From positions 512,997 through 576,996 of the forward strand of contig JAHLKX010000003.1 of NCBI GenBank assembly GCA_020444515.1: a DNA stretch of 64,000 nucleotides, read 5' to 3'. Position 1 is the stretch's first letter; every line of letters starts with the position of its first letter. The notes below the pieces were generated by a model, which was given only the letters and a program-made list of their open reading frames with translations, did no database searches and was not told the DNA's origin. Shown here piece by piece: positions 28,446 through 37,337 of this stretch. The translations under genes were made by a program, and so were the position numbers. This stretch comes from Bacteroidota bacterium (GTDB lineage Bacteria > Bacteroidota > Bacteroidia > Bacteroidales > JAADJA01).

Positions 28446-28523
28446 GAACACAGATGACGCTGATTAAACAGATTTTCGCTGATTGATTGGCAATTATCCA
28501 CCCGAATTGTTTCATCGGTGTTC
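28446..28523 (-). repeat. Intercistronic palindromic element, copy B (78 nt) between arsC and arsM
   Basis: Sense strand: GAACACCGATGA...AATCAGCGAAAATCTG...TCATCTGTGTTC. The terminal arms pair at 11/12 positions. Its first G is the last base of the arsC TAG stop. It shares the core and termini with copy A. Confidence 0.8.
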
Positions 28524-28936
28524 TATTTGATTCTAAAATAAAATTCCTTAAAAGCTTTGTTAATCTGATCCCGCACTTTCCGATAAACGGGAAGGATTTC
28601 CTTTTCCGATCCCCTGGCTTTTGCAGGATCTTCGAAACCAATATGCAGTCTGTTTTTTACAATCCCGGTGAAAACGGGGCAAACTTCTCTGGCCCCATCG
28701 CATACTGTGATCACAAAATCAAAACTTTCAGCTAGATACTTCTCAACAGATTCGGGTACCTGCCTGGAAATATCAACACCCACTTCTTTCATAACGTTGA
28801 CTGCATAAGGATTTACTTTATCTTCTGCAGCCGTTCCGGCAGAGAAGACTTCAAGCTTTGGATCGAAGGACTTCAGAAATCCTTCAGCCATCTGGCTGCG
28901 ACAGGTATTGCCGGTGCATATAATGAGAATCTTCAT
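28523..28936 (-). CDS. arsC: Arsenate reductase, LMW-PTP/thioredoxin-coupled type
   Basis: P-loop CTGNTCRSQMAEG plus downstream VITVCDGAREVCP (pI258-type Cys triad). Confidence 0.92.
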   Translation of the reverse strand: MKILIICTGNTCRSQMAEGFLKSFDPKLEVFSAGTAAEDKVNPYAVNVMKEVGVDISRQVPESVEKYLAESFDFVITVCDGAREVCPVFTGIVKNRLHIGFEDPAKARGSEKEILPVYRKVRDQINKAFKEFYFRIK

Positions 28937-28937
28937 C

Positions 28938-29273
28938 TTATTCGCAATTTAAGGGTCCGCAACAATCCATGGTATGAATTAGCTTTTCCATGGAGGTTTT
29001 CAATTTTAACAATATTTCGGGATTCAGACAATAATTGGTTTTGATCCCTGAAATATGTCCCTGGATCAGACCGGATTTCTTGAGTTCGTTGAGATGCTGG
29101 TTCACCGTAGTCCTTCCCAGCGGGATCTCCTGAGAAATATCTCCGGTAAAACAACTATTGGTCTCTGCCAGGAAGTTGAGAATGGCCAGCCGGGCCGGGT
29201 GTCCCAGGGCTTTAAATAAAACTGCACTATCCTGAAGATCCGTTTCAAAGAGTTCGGTTTTCGCTGTTGGCAT
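28938..29273 (-). CDS. arsR: ArsR/SmtB-family metalloregulator with a C-terminal Cys cluster
   Basis: wHTH LGHPARLAILNFL...TVNQHLNELKKSGLI. No CVC motif in helix 3. C-terminal DCCGPLNC (C104, C105, C110). Confidence 0.88.
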   Translation of the reverse strand: MPTAKTELFETDLQDSAVLFKALGHPARLAILNFLAETNSCFTGDISQEIPLGRTTVNQHLNELKKSGLIQGHISGIKTNYCLNPEILLKLKTSMEKLIHTMDCCGPLNCE

Positions 29274-29294
29274 CCTGTTAAATTTTTAATCCGG

Positions 29295-29338
29295 CGTAAA
29301 ACTACGTCAAAAAAATTAAATCGACGTATTTTTACGTT
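29295..29338. promoter_or_regulatory. Cluster of overlapping TACG/ACGT-cored palindromes upstream of arsR (candidate operator)
   Basis: CGTA-AAAC-TACG. TACGTC-N14-GACGTA (29303-29328). ACGTA-TTTT-TACGT. Located 22-65 nt upstream of the arsR ATG. Confidence 0.35.
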
Positions 29339-29370
29339 AATTTTAATAAATTGTCAATAAAATGATCAAT

Positions 29371-30075
29371 TTATGAAAGAAAGAATATGGTTATGAAATA
29401 GATCCCAACACCAATAAAAATAATTGCAACCACCCTTCGAAACCACTTTTCAAATGCGACTAAATTATTATAAAAATTACCAACCCCGCTCACTGAAAAG
29501 GCCAGTAGCCATGCAATAATGATCACTGGCAGACCGGTAGCCAGGGCAAAGATCATGGGTAGTAGTAATCCATCCGGACTGGCAATGGTGATGGGAATGA
29601 GCATGCCAAAATAGAGTACGCCGCTGTAAGGACAAAAAGCCAAAGCAAATATGATTCCAAGCAGGAGAGCGGCAAGAAATGAACCAGCCTTAAATTTCCC
29701 TGATATCTTCTGACTCAAATTTCCGAATGATGGAAAATTGATCGAAATGATGTCCAGCGAAAGGATTCCCGCAATGATCAGAAGTGGACCAAGGATCCTT
29801 TCACCATATGTCTGAAAAAAACGTGCTATCTGAAATTTGCTTGCCCCGAAATATAAGATCAACCCCAGGGTGGTATAACTGATCCCACGTCCGAGGGTAT
29901 AGATCAACCCGTTATAGAATATCTTCCTTTTGGCAGCAATATCTTTACTGATATAAGCCGTTGCCGTAATATTGGCAGCCAGCGGGCAGGGACTGATCGC
30001 GGTCATCAGGCCTAAAACGAAAGCAGTGATAAAAGGTGTTGGGGATGAATCGATGATCTGCTGCAGTACGTCCAC
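29371..30075 (-). CDS. CcdA/DsbD-like transmembrane thiol:disulfide electron transporter
   Basis: 6 TM segments. Cys-Pro motifs AISPCPLAAN and LAFCPYSG. GTG start immediately after the upstream TAG. Confidence 0.8.
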   Translation of the reverse strand: MDVLQQIIDSSPTPFITAFVLGLMTAISPCPLAANITATAYISKDIAAKRKIFYNGLIYTLGRGISYTTLGLILYFGASKFQIARFFQTYGERILGPLLIIAGILSLDIISINFPSFGNLSQKISGKFKAGSFLAALLLGIIFALAFCPYSGVLYFGMLIPITIASPDGLLLPMIFALATGLPVIIIAWLLAFSVSGVGNFYNNLVAFEKWFRRVVAIIFIGVGIYFITIFFLS

Positions 30076-30495
30076 CTAATTCAGCATTTTCTCAATATTG
30101 CTTTTCAATCCTTCCATAAACTTGTCGGGATGGGTTCGTGCATTTGAAAAAGCAAAGTCCGTAAAGTTTTCAACTTGCTCTTTACCTTCAACTACCTTAA
30201 CAAGCATCAGAGTTGATCCCCAAATTTCGTATTTTTCAACGATGGATTTATTTTCATCATCTTCTGCATTCAGCAATAAGAGTTTAATTTCTCCGCTATC
30301 CATCATCTCTTTGAAATTGGTTTCCAGCGTTTCTCTGGTTTTCGTCTCAATGGCGTTACAAGTGGCGCAACGATGCGTGTTGTGGAAATAATAGACCATT
30401 AAAGGATTTTCAACTGTATTTTGAGCAAAAGATTGAAGAGGATGCATAACAATACCCGCAAGTATTATTAGAAAAAGGGTTAATATTTTTTTCAT
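30076..30495 (-). CDS. Secreted thioredoxin-fold protein with a CxxC (CATC) motif
   Basis: Signal peptide. YFHNTHRCATCNAIE. ATGA overlap with the upstream gene. Confidence 0.65.
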   Translation of the reverse strand: MKKILTLFLIILAGIVMHPLQSFAQNTVENPLMVYYFHNTHRCATCNAIETKTRETLETNFKEMMDSGEIKLLLLNAEDDENKSIVEKYEIWGSTLMLVKVVEGKEQVENFTDFAFSNARTHPDKFMEGLKSNIEKMLN

Positions 30496-30758
30496 ATTTT
30501 CTGGTTTTTATTGTCAATAAATGGGGTGATTAATTTCATGATCTCTTTTTTCCCGGCAATCCTGCCCGAATGAACGACCTTTTCATCAATTACCAGTGCT
30601 GGTGTTGACATCACACCATAATGTAAAATATCATTGATGATATCCACTTTGGTAATAGCTGCGTCAATACCAAGCATCTTTACCGCTATTCTGACGGACT
30701 CCTCCATCTTTTTACATTTGGGACATCCGGGCCCGAGTACTTTGATTTCCATGATCAC
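30492..30758 (-). CDS. Small thioredoxin/glutaredoxin-like protein (redox-active disulfide protein 2 type)
   Basis: 88 aa. KVLGPGCPKCKK near the N-terminus and TPALVIDEKVV at the C-terminal side. Confidence 0.8.
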   Translation of the reverse strand: MIMEIKVLGPGCPKCKKMEESVRIAVKMLGIDAAITKVDIINDILHYGVMSTPALVIDEKVVHSGRIAGKKEIMKLITPFIDNKNQKI

Positions 30759-31007
30759 TTGTTTTTTGTATTCACCCCGTTACAAAGATGAGGAAAAAAG
30801 ATAAACATACGAGTTACTGGGGTAATTTCTACACATTTATATTGAGAAATCCACAATGAGCGCCAGAACAGATTTTACGATAACATCACCTGTTAACATG
30901 CTGTTTTATCTGATCTTCAGTATTAAAGCGGTAAGTTAATTTCACCAATTCCTCAATTCAAAACAAATGGTTTGGATTTTGAATATTTGCTCATAAAAAA
31001 TAGTCTT

Positions 31008-31193
31008 ATGAATACTTTAAAAATTCAAAATAACTGGCATGGGATTCGCGATAAACTGAAAGAGAAATACAATCAGCTCTCCTATGAGGATTTAAGTTAC
31101 GTTAAAGGCCAAGAGGATCAGCTATTGGCAAGACTTGAAGAAAAAACAGGAAAGCGCAGGGAAGCATTGATCGAAGAGATCAACAAAATGTAA
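31008..31193 (+). CDS. CsbD-like general stress protein
   Basis: 61 aa. W..I..KLKEKY..L..EDL.Y..G..D.L...L.EKTG pattern. ATG 31008 is preferred over the TTG at 30972. Confidence 0.6.
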   Translation: MNTLKIQNNWHGIRDKLKEKYNQLSYEDLSYVKGQEDQLLARLEEKTGKRREALIEEINKM

Positions 31194-31214
31194 TAGGAAC
31201 CCATCCGAAATATT

Positions 31215-32120
31215 ATGATAAACAATATTAGCAATGCTTACAATTTGCTGATTGACAAACTTGACAGTTGGCTAAACACAGCAATTTCTATGTTGCCCAA
31301 TTTTGTTATTGCAATAGGAGCCCTGTTGCTAATCATGCTCATGGGTAAGCTGCTGCGCAAGGTTTTACGAAAAGCCTTAGACAAAGTATCCGGTAACATT
31401 GCTGTTAACCGGCTAATTGAATCACTGATTAAAATCATCTTCCTCATTGTAGGTTTATTTGTTGCCCTCGGCATCATGAACCTCGACAAAACAGTGACGT
31501 CGCTGTTGGCCGGTGTAGGTATCATTGGACTTGCGCTTGGTTTTGCATTTCAGGATGCTGCGTCCAATTTTATTTCTGGGATATACCTGGCCATCCGAAG
31601 TCCGATCAATGTCGGCGACCTCATTGAAGTAAATGACAAATTCGGGACGGTTAAAAAAATTGGCCTTAGGGCTACGACTATCCTTTCTTTTCAGGGACAG
31701 GATATCGTCGTACCGAACCGGCTTATTTTTGAAGATTCCTACACCCATTACACCATCAATGGCGAGCAGCGGATCGATCTGGAAGTGGGTGTTTCCTATG
31801 GAGATGACCTTGAGAAGGTTGAAAAGGTGACCCTTGCGGCCATCAACAGCCTCGATTTTATAAAAAAAGATAAACCGGTCGACTTGTTCTACAATGAATT
31901 TGGCAATAGTTCCATTAATTTCATCGTGAGATACTGGGTAAATATGGGCAAAAGAAGAGATTACCTCAAAGGCCTCAGCGAGGGTGTGAAAGCCATAAAA
32001 AAAGCCTACGATGAAAACGATATTACCATTCCTTTCCCCATTCGCACGCTTGATTTCGGTATCAAAGGCGGAGAAAAACTGAGCGAAATGTGGCCCAAAA
32101 ATCTAAGGGAAATCAATTGA
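31215..32120 (+). CDS. Small-conductance mechanosensitive channel (MscS family)
   Basis: 3 TM segments. FAFQDAASNFISGIYLAIRSPINVGDLIEV, followed by the beta-domain VVPNRLIF. Confidence 0.88.
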   Translation: MINNISNAYNLLIDKLDSWLNTAISMLPNFVIAIGALLLIMLMGKLLRKVLRKALDKVSGNIAVNRLIESLIKIIFLIVGLFVALGIMNLDKTVTSLLAGVGIIGLALGFAFQDAASNFISGIYLAIRSPINVGDLIEVNDKFGTVKKIGLRATTILSFQGQDIVVPNRLIFEDSYTHYTINGEQRIDLEVGVSYGDDLEKVEKVTLAAINSLDFIKKDKPVDLFYNEFGNSSINFIVRYWVNMGKRRDYLKGLSEGVKAIKKAYDENDITIPFPIRTLDFGIKGGEKLSEMWPKNLREIN

Positions 32121-32334
32121 TGCAACACCCAATGGAAGAGAAATAATCATATTCTTAAGGGTTTTCAAAAAAATCTAAAATAGATTCTGTTGAGGATTTT
32201 ATAGCAAGGAAATTGCACAGATAGTCTCCTTCAAGTTAATCAATCTTAAAAATGTTTTAAATTGACATGGATTTATCCTGGTCTGTTTGTGGTTAAGTAA
32301 TCACCGTCAAAAATATTCCTTCAGTAACACTGCC

Positions 32335-33450
32335 TCAATTTTTCAACTTTTTAATGGCCTTCAAAAATTTATTACGTAGCAGGTCGAAATTATCCGGTTT
32401 TTCTTTTCCGAAATGACTACTCAGAATCACACCTAATGGTTTCATGGGCTCGATGGTATCAAGGATAACCTTGACAATGGCTAATAAGGGAATAAACAGG
32501 ATCATTCCTGGAATGCCCCATATAAAACCACCAATTAACAAAGCGATCAAAGCAAATAGTGGATTGATACTGACACGAGAACCGACGATTTTGGGCGTCA
32601 GAAAATTACCTTCAATAGACTGTACAAGACCGTACCAAAGAACAACTAATAGAGGTGTCCAAAGTGAATCGGCATTGACCAGGGCATAAACAAAAGGTAA
32701 CAATCCACCAATAAAAGTCCCGATGTATGGAATGATGGCCAGAATGGCTGCAAAAAATCCAAACAGAAATGGGAAATCGAGTCCAATAATCCATAAACCA
32801 AATCCATTGAGTGTACCAAGGATGAGAATGATAATGATGAGTCCAACAAAATAATCTTTCACGACTTTACGGATATCCGTCAGAATGCCACTCATGTAAT
32901 CCCTTTTTTCTTCCGGCACACTGATCAGAATGAAATTTTTGAAAGAAGCCCGGTATAAAAGAAAGAGAAAAGTGTAAACAAATACCAGGGTTATAGAAAC
33001 AATAAAACTGGATGTGGATGCAATGGTTTGTTGCAAAAGATCGGCTGGTTTGATGATTCCTCCTTGTTGTCTTTCATTGATGATCTGTTCCAGCTTAAGA
33101 CCACTCTTGGTCAGCCAGTTATCCACAAGCAAGATAAACTCATCAAATACTTTTTCAAGGTTTTCACTAAAATTCCTGAGACTCTCGAACAGGTAATAAA
33201 ACTGGGTTCCGAAGAAAAACATAATACCGGCAATCACCAGGCTAACCAGAAGAAAAGTTATGATAATGGACGTCAAACGACTCGACCAATGTTCAAAAAA
33301 CTCGCATATCGGTAAAAGGAGTAAGGATAAAAAAAGTGCAAATACAAGCGGTGCGAGTATAGGTCTTCCGAAATAAAGCAAAGCAATGACAAAAGAAATA
33401 ATGATGACCGATTTATAGATTTTATTCAAGTCGAATCTTAAGATATTCAT
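32335..33450 (-). CDS. AI-2E family (PerM-like) transporter
   Basis: Polytopic membrane protein. IPYIGTFIGGLLP. GNFLTPKIVGSRVSINPLFALIALLIGGFIWGIPGMILFIP. ATG 33450 (MNILRF) is preferred over the ORF-track start at 33537. Confidence 0.85.
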   Translation of the reverse strand: MNILRFDLNKIYKSVIIISFVIALLYFGRPILAPLVFALFLSLLLLPICEFFEHWSSRLTSIIITFLLVSLVIAGIMFFFGTQFYYLFESLRNFSENLEKVFDEFILLVDNWLTKSGLKLEQIINERQQGGIIKPADLLQQTIASTSSFIVSITLVFVYTFLFLLYRASFKNFILISVPEEKRDYMSGILTDIRKVVKDYFVGLIIIILILGTLNGFGLWIIGLDFPFLFGFFAAILAIIPYIGTFIGGLLPFVYALVNADSLWTPLLVVLWYGLVQSIEGNFLTPKIVGSRVSINPLFALIALLIGGFIWGIPGMILFIPLLAIVKVILDTIEPMKPLGVILSSHFGKEKPDNFDLLRNKFLKAIKKLKN

Positions 33451-34006
33451 AAATGGGTTGTTTAATTTTGATGTGTGATAAAGGTAATGATTTTCGTAAA
33501 CTCTTTTTAATGGAACAACTTGTATAATGCATGCCAAATTCCCAGCAAATTGGCAATCTATTAATGCCGCTAAAATTATGATTTTTTTATTATTATAATT
33601 TGCAGGTCATCATGATAATGCCATTGGGCCAGCTACATTGAAACCCCGACCCCAAATTACCGTTCATAAGCCTCGCAATCCAAAAGAACGACAATGAAAC
33701 CGTACAGCAGGCTTCACAGTTCAGCTAAATTATCGCTATGACATCTTTGACAATACATCCCGTTCTGCACCCGTTGGTACAACAAGAAAATCAAAAACAT
33801 CATTTTTAGTCTCAGAGCCTGAAATATTCAATAAGGAAGTAAATGAATAATTTTTAGCCTCTCTGGCTACCATTCCAAGCGTTGGACTGATGATGACAAA
33901 GTTAACAACACAATATGCCCCGGATGAAATCAAAAACACCTTCTTGTTTTCTCCTAACGATCAAATTTTCTTACTATCTTCACCTGTCAAATAAATTATT
34001 TACCCA

Positions 34007-36424
34007 ATGCGTCAATCCTTTATAGTTCCCTCTGTAATATTGCTTGTTACCATCACATTTGTTTCATGCGACTTTCAATCCAAATCTAAAGCATCCAAAA
34101 ACGATTATCCCATTACACCTGTTCCATTCACCGATGTTCATTTGCAGGATGATTTCTGGCTACCCCGCATCCTGAAAAACACTGAAGTGACCATTCCCAT
34201 TGCTTTCGGCCAGAGTGAAGAGACAGGTCGGATCAAAAATTTCGAGGTGGCAGGTGGTCTAACCGAAGGAACCTTCTGTACCAAATACGCTTTCGACGAT
34301 TCTGATGTGTTCAAGATCATTGAAGGAGCATCTTATTCCTTGATGATCAAACCCGATCCCCACCTGGAAGCCTACCTCGACTCGCTGATCACCAAAATAG
34401 CAGCCGCCCAGGAACCCGATGGATACCTATACACCAACCGCACCATCCTTGGTGATAGCGCCTATGAAATGGCCGGGCCCGAACGTTGGTCGAAAGTAAG
34501 CGAGCACAGCCATGAGCTATACAATGCTGGGCACATGTATGAAGCAGCAGTGGCTTATTACCAGGCCACCGGCAAACGAACTTTTTTGGATATTGCCATA
34601 AAAAATGCCAATCTGATCGACCGGGAATTCGGGTGGGGAAAGATCGAAAAGTATCCCGGTCACCAGGAGATAGAGATCGGACTGGTGAAACTCTATCGGG
34701 TTACAGGAGATAAACGGTACCTTGAACTGGCCAAATTTTTCCTTGATGTACGCGGCCCCGAAGGCTGGGAATACAACCAGGCCCATCAAAAATCGGTTGA
34801 TCAGCGGGAACCGGTAGGCCATGCTGTAAGGGCATTGTACATGTATTCGGCCATGGCAGACATCGCAGCGTTGACCGGAGATACTGCCTATCTGAATGCC
34901 ATCGAATCCCTTTGGAGAAACCTGGTAAATAAAAAGGTCTATGTGACCGGAGGTGTCGGGCAAAGCGGCGGAAACGAAGGTTTTGGACCGGATTACGAGT
35001 TGCCCAACATGTCAGCTTATTGTGAGACCTGCGCTTCCATTGCCAATGTATTCTGGAATCAGCGCATGTTTTTACTAAGTGGTGATTCCAGATACATCGA
35101 TGTGCTGGAACGGACACTTTACAATGCCCTTCTGTCGGGAGTCTCCATCGAGGGAAATCTTTTCTTTTACCCCAACAGGCTTGAATCCAATGGTAACGAT
35201 CGCCGGCAGGAATGGTTCGGTTGCGCCTGCTGTCCTTCCAATATCAGCCGTTTTCTTCCATCGGTTCCGGGCTATATATATGCAAAAAAGGAAGATCACA
35301 TTTATATCAACCTGTTTATTAATTCCGATGTCGATCTTAAAACAGATAAAGGAAATTTCAACCTCAGCCAACACAGTGGTTACCCATGGAAAGGGAATAT
35401 CCGGGTTGTGGTAAATCCTGAAACAGATATGGCTCAAACGATCCATATCCGAATCCCTGGTTGGTCTCAAAATAAACCCATACCCGGAAATCTTTACCAC
35501 TATCACCGCATGATAGAGTCAAAACCAGTTATGAAAGTCAATGGTAAGGAAACAGACTATGAAACTGAAAAAGGATACCTGATCATTACTCGGACCTGGA
35601 AGGTAAACGACCAGTTGGAAGTCGAATTTGAAATGCCGGTGCGGAAAACGCTTGCCCTTGATTCTGTTAAGGCCGATCGCGGGCGGTTTACCATTGAGCG
35701 GGGCCCGCTGGTATACTGTATCGAAGATGTCGATCAACAACAATCCGGGGTCCGGCATATTGTTGCCGATATCGACGGAAAATTCACGGATAGAACATCC
35801 AGGGACCTGTGGGGCGGTATCACCACCATCGGTTTTGAAGGCCGGTTATTGCAGAGACAGATCGACGGATCTGTACAATCAGAGGGTGGGCCTGTGCAAC
35901 TTACGGCCATTCCATATGCGTTTTGGGCGAACCGAGAACCGGGCCAGATGCTGGTCTGGGTCCCTTACCGAAAAGAAAATGCAACACCAGCGCCCGCTCT
36001 TACCATTGCCTTTAAAAGCCATAAGATTTGCCCGGGTGCAAAGGGTAATCCTGAATTGCTTTCTGATCAATATAATCCGGTCAATTCCAATGATCATAGC
36101 ATGGGATATATCCACTGGTGGCCTATTAAAGATACCATCGTGACCATGGAATACGATTTTGAAAAACCTGGTACAGTATCATCAACCCGGGTTTACTGGT
36201 TTGATGACGGCCCGCATGGGGGTTGCCGGATCCCTGCGGCCTGGAAACTTTTGTACCGAAAAGGAAATCAATGGATAGAGGTTGAGCATGATTTACCTTA
36301 TCCCGTCACAAAGGATGCCTTCGATGTGGTTGATTTCAATCCGGCCAGAACGGACGCCGTGAAAATGGAAATCACCCTGCAAAAGGAATATAGCAGTGGT
36401 GTTCATGAGTGGGTATTGAATTAA
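34007..36424 (+). CDS. Glycoside hydrolase family 127 (beta-L-arabinofuranosidase-like, DUF1680) lipoprotein
   Basis: Lipobox FVSC. HELYNAGHMYEAAVAYY. AYCETCAS and GCACCPSN (the Glu/Cys zinc and catalytic Cys contexts of GH127). Confidence 0.88.
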   Translation: MRQSFIVPSVILLVTITFVSCDFQSKSKASKNDYPITPVPFTDVHLQDDFWLPRILKNTEVTIPIAFGQSEETGRIKNFEVAGGLTEGTFCTKYAFDDSDVFKIIEGASYSLMIKPDPHLEAYLDSLITKIAAAQEPDGYLYTNRTILGDSAYEMAGPERWSKVSEHSHELYNAGHMYEAAVAYYQATGKRTFLDIAIKNANLIDREFGWGKIEKYPGHQEIEIGLVKLYRVTGDKRYLELAKFFLDVRGPEGWEYNQAHQKSVDQREPVGHAVRALYMYSAMADIAALTGDTAYLNAIESLWRNLVNKKVYVTGGVGQSGGNEGFGPDYELPNMSAYCETCASIANVFWNQRMFLLSGDSRYIDVLERTLYNALLSGVSIEGNLFFYPNRLESNGNDRRQEWFGCACCPSNISRFLPSVPGYIYAKKEDHIYINLFINSDVDLKTDKGNFNLSQHSGYPWKGNIRVVVNPETDMAQTIHIRIPGWSQNKPIPGNLYHYHRMIESKPVMKVNGKETDYETEKGYLIITRTWKVNDQLEVEFEMPVRKTLALDSVKADRGRFTIERGPLVYCIEDVDQQQSGVRHIVADIDGKFTDRTSRDLWGGITTIGFEGRLLQRQIDGSVQSEGGPVQLTAIPYAFWANREPGQMLVWVPYRKENATPAPALTIAFKSHKICPGAKGNPELLSDQYNPVNSNDHSMGYIHWWPIKDTIVTMEYDFEKPGTVSSTRVYWFDDGPHGGCRIPAAWKLLYRKGNQWIEVEHDLPYPVTKDAFDVVDFNPARTDAVKMEITLQKEYSSGVHEWVLN

Positions 36425-36444
36425 CCTGGAAGAAAAACTGACCC

Positions 36445-37140
36445 TTACCCCGTGTCGCTAATCCTTTGCAACCGCTCGAAATCAAGGATATGAAGGTTTT
36501 TACCTTCCATACGGATGAGGCCGTCATCATTGAATTTTTTTAACATCCTGATCACGGTTTCGGAACTCATACCCGATAACTCTGCCAGATCTTTCCGTGA
36601 CAAAGGCAAATGAAATTCAGATTGTTTGAAAATCCTTTCCGACAGGCAAAGGAGAATATCTGCCAATCTTCCGTAGGCCTGTTTATGGGTCAGGCAAAAA
36701 AACCGACCGTAAACCTGCACACTGTTGGCACTGAAGATATCGATCACTTCTTTGGAGAAATCGGCATTCTGTTTAAGTAGCTGTCGAAAAGTACTAATGT
36801 TAATTTGACGGATTTCTGTATCAATATAAGCCATGGCCGAATACTGGTAGGTGTTGTGATCTTCAGAAAGTGAGGATAAACCCAGCAAATTACCTTCAGG
36901 GATCATTTTAAGTACCAGTGAATTGGATCCATTGTCCAGGAATACCTTCACCAGTCCTTTTTCAACATACATCACATGAGAAACAAAACTTCCCTGTTTG
37001 CAGATGATCTCCTTCTTCTTGTATGTGATTACCACGGAATTCTCATTCAGGATTTTCATCTCCTCACTGGTGAGCTTCTCAAAACACCGACATTGTCTTG
37101 AGCTGATTGTACATGCGGAAATCTGTATCCTGTTCGGCAT
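36445..37140 (-). CDS. Crp/Fnr-family transcriptional regulator with an N-terminal Cys cluster
   Basis: cNMP-binding-like beta-roll (ICKQGSFVSHVMYVEKGLVKV). C-terminal HTH SRKDLAELSGMSSETVIRMLK. N-terminal C10, C17, C19. Confidence 0.85.
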   Translation of the reverse strand: MPNRIQISACTISSRQCRCFEKLTSEEMKILNENSVVITYKKKEIICKQGSFVSHVMYVEKGLVKVFLDNGSNSLVLKMIPEGNLLGLSSLSEDHNTYQYSAMAYIDTEIRQINISTFRQLLKQNADFSKEVIDIFSANSVQVYGRFFCLTHKQAYGRLADILLCLSERIFKQSEFHLPLSRKDLAELSGMSSETVIRMLKKFNDDGLIRMEGKNLHILDFERLQRISDTG

Positions 37141-37161
37141 ATTGACTTAGAATTGATTTTG

Positions 37162-37169
37162 CAAATTTA
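37162..37169 (-). promoter_or_regulatory. -7 promoter box TAAATTTG for the Crp/Fnr gene
   Basis: Plus-strand CAAATTTA, 22 nt upstream of the start at 37140. Confidence 0.4.
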
Positions 37170-37337
37170 GTAAAAAATATCACTTAAAAACATGACCTGG
37201 ATCAGTAAATTATAGAGTTCAGAACAGCTTGATACAGAATGCATGACAGCTCAATTTTTTTGTTGATATCATCCAAATAGACAATCTTTGTTGTGAAGTA
37301 ATTAACAGTAATTAAACAATTGAAATACACACTGATA

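Noticed and set aside
25830-30520. Recurring decamer ATTGTCAATA at about 25830, 29350 and 30508
   Set aside because: The third copy lies inside coding sequence (FIDNKN), and the motif is AT-rich and short. It is likely coincidence.
33736-33939. 67-aa minus-strand ORF in the long intergenic gap
   Set aside because: It has no promoter box, signal, motif or neighbour coupling. I treated the region as non-coding, though a decayed gene fragment cannot be excluded without a homology search.
34138-36143. Cluster of 60-171-aa ORFs overlapping GH127 on both strands (for example 35628-36143 +, 34517-34963 -, 35075-35506 -)
   Set aside because: All overlap a confidently identified GH127 gene. Their abundance is best explained by locally higher GC depleting stop codons. 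I recorded this only as compositional evidence.
37263-37276. Possible FNR/CRP box TTGATATCATCCAA upstream of the cytochrome operon
   Set aside because: Only one half-site matches TTGAT-N4-ATCAA (the second is TCCAA). The binding motif of this Bacteroidota Crp/Fnr subfamily is unknown. The evidence is too weak to annotate, but it is worth testing by EMSA.
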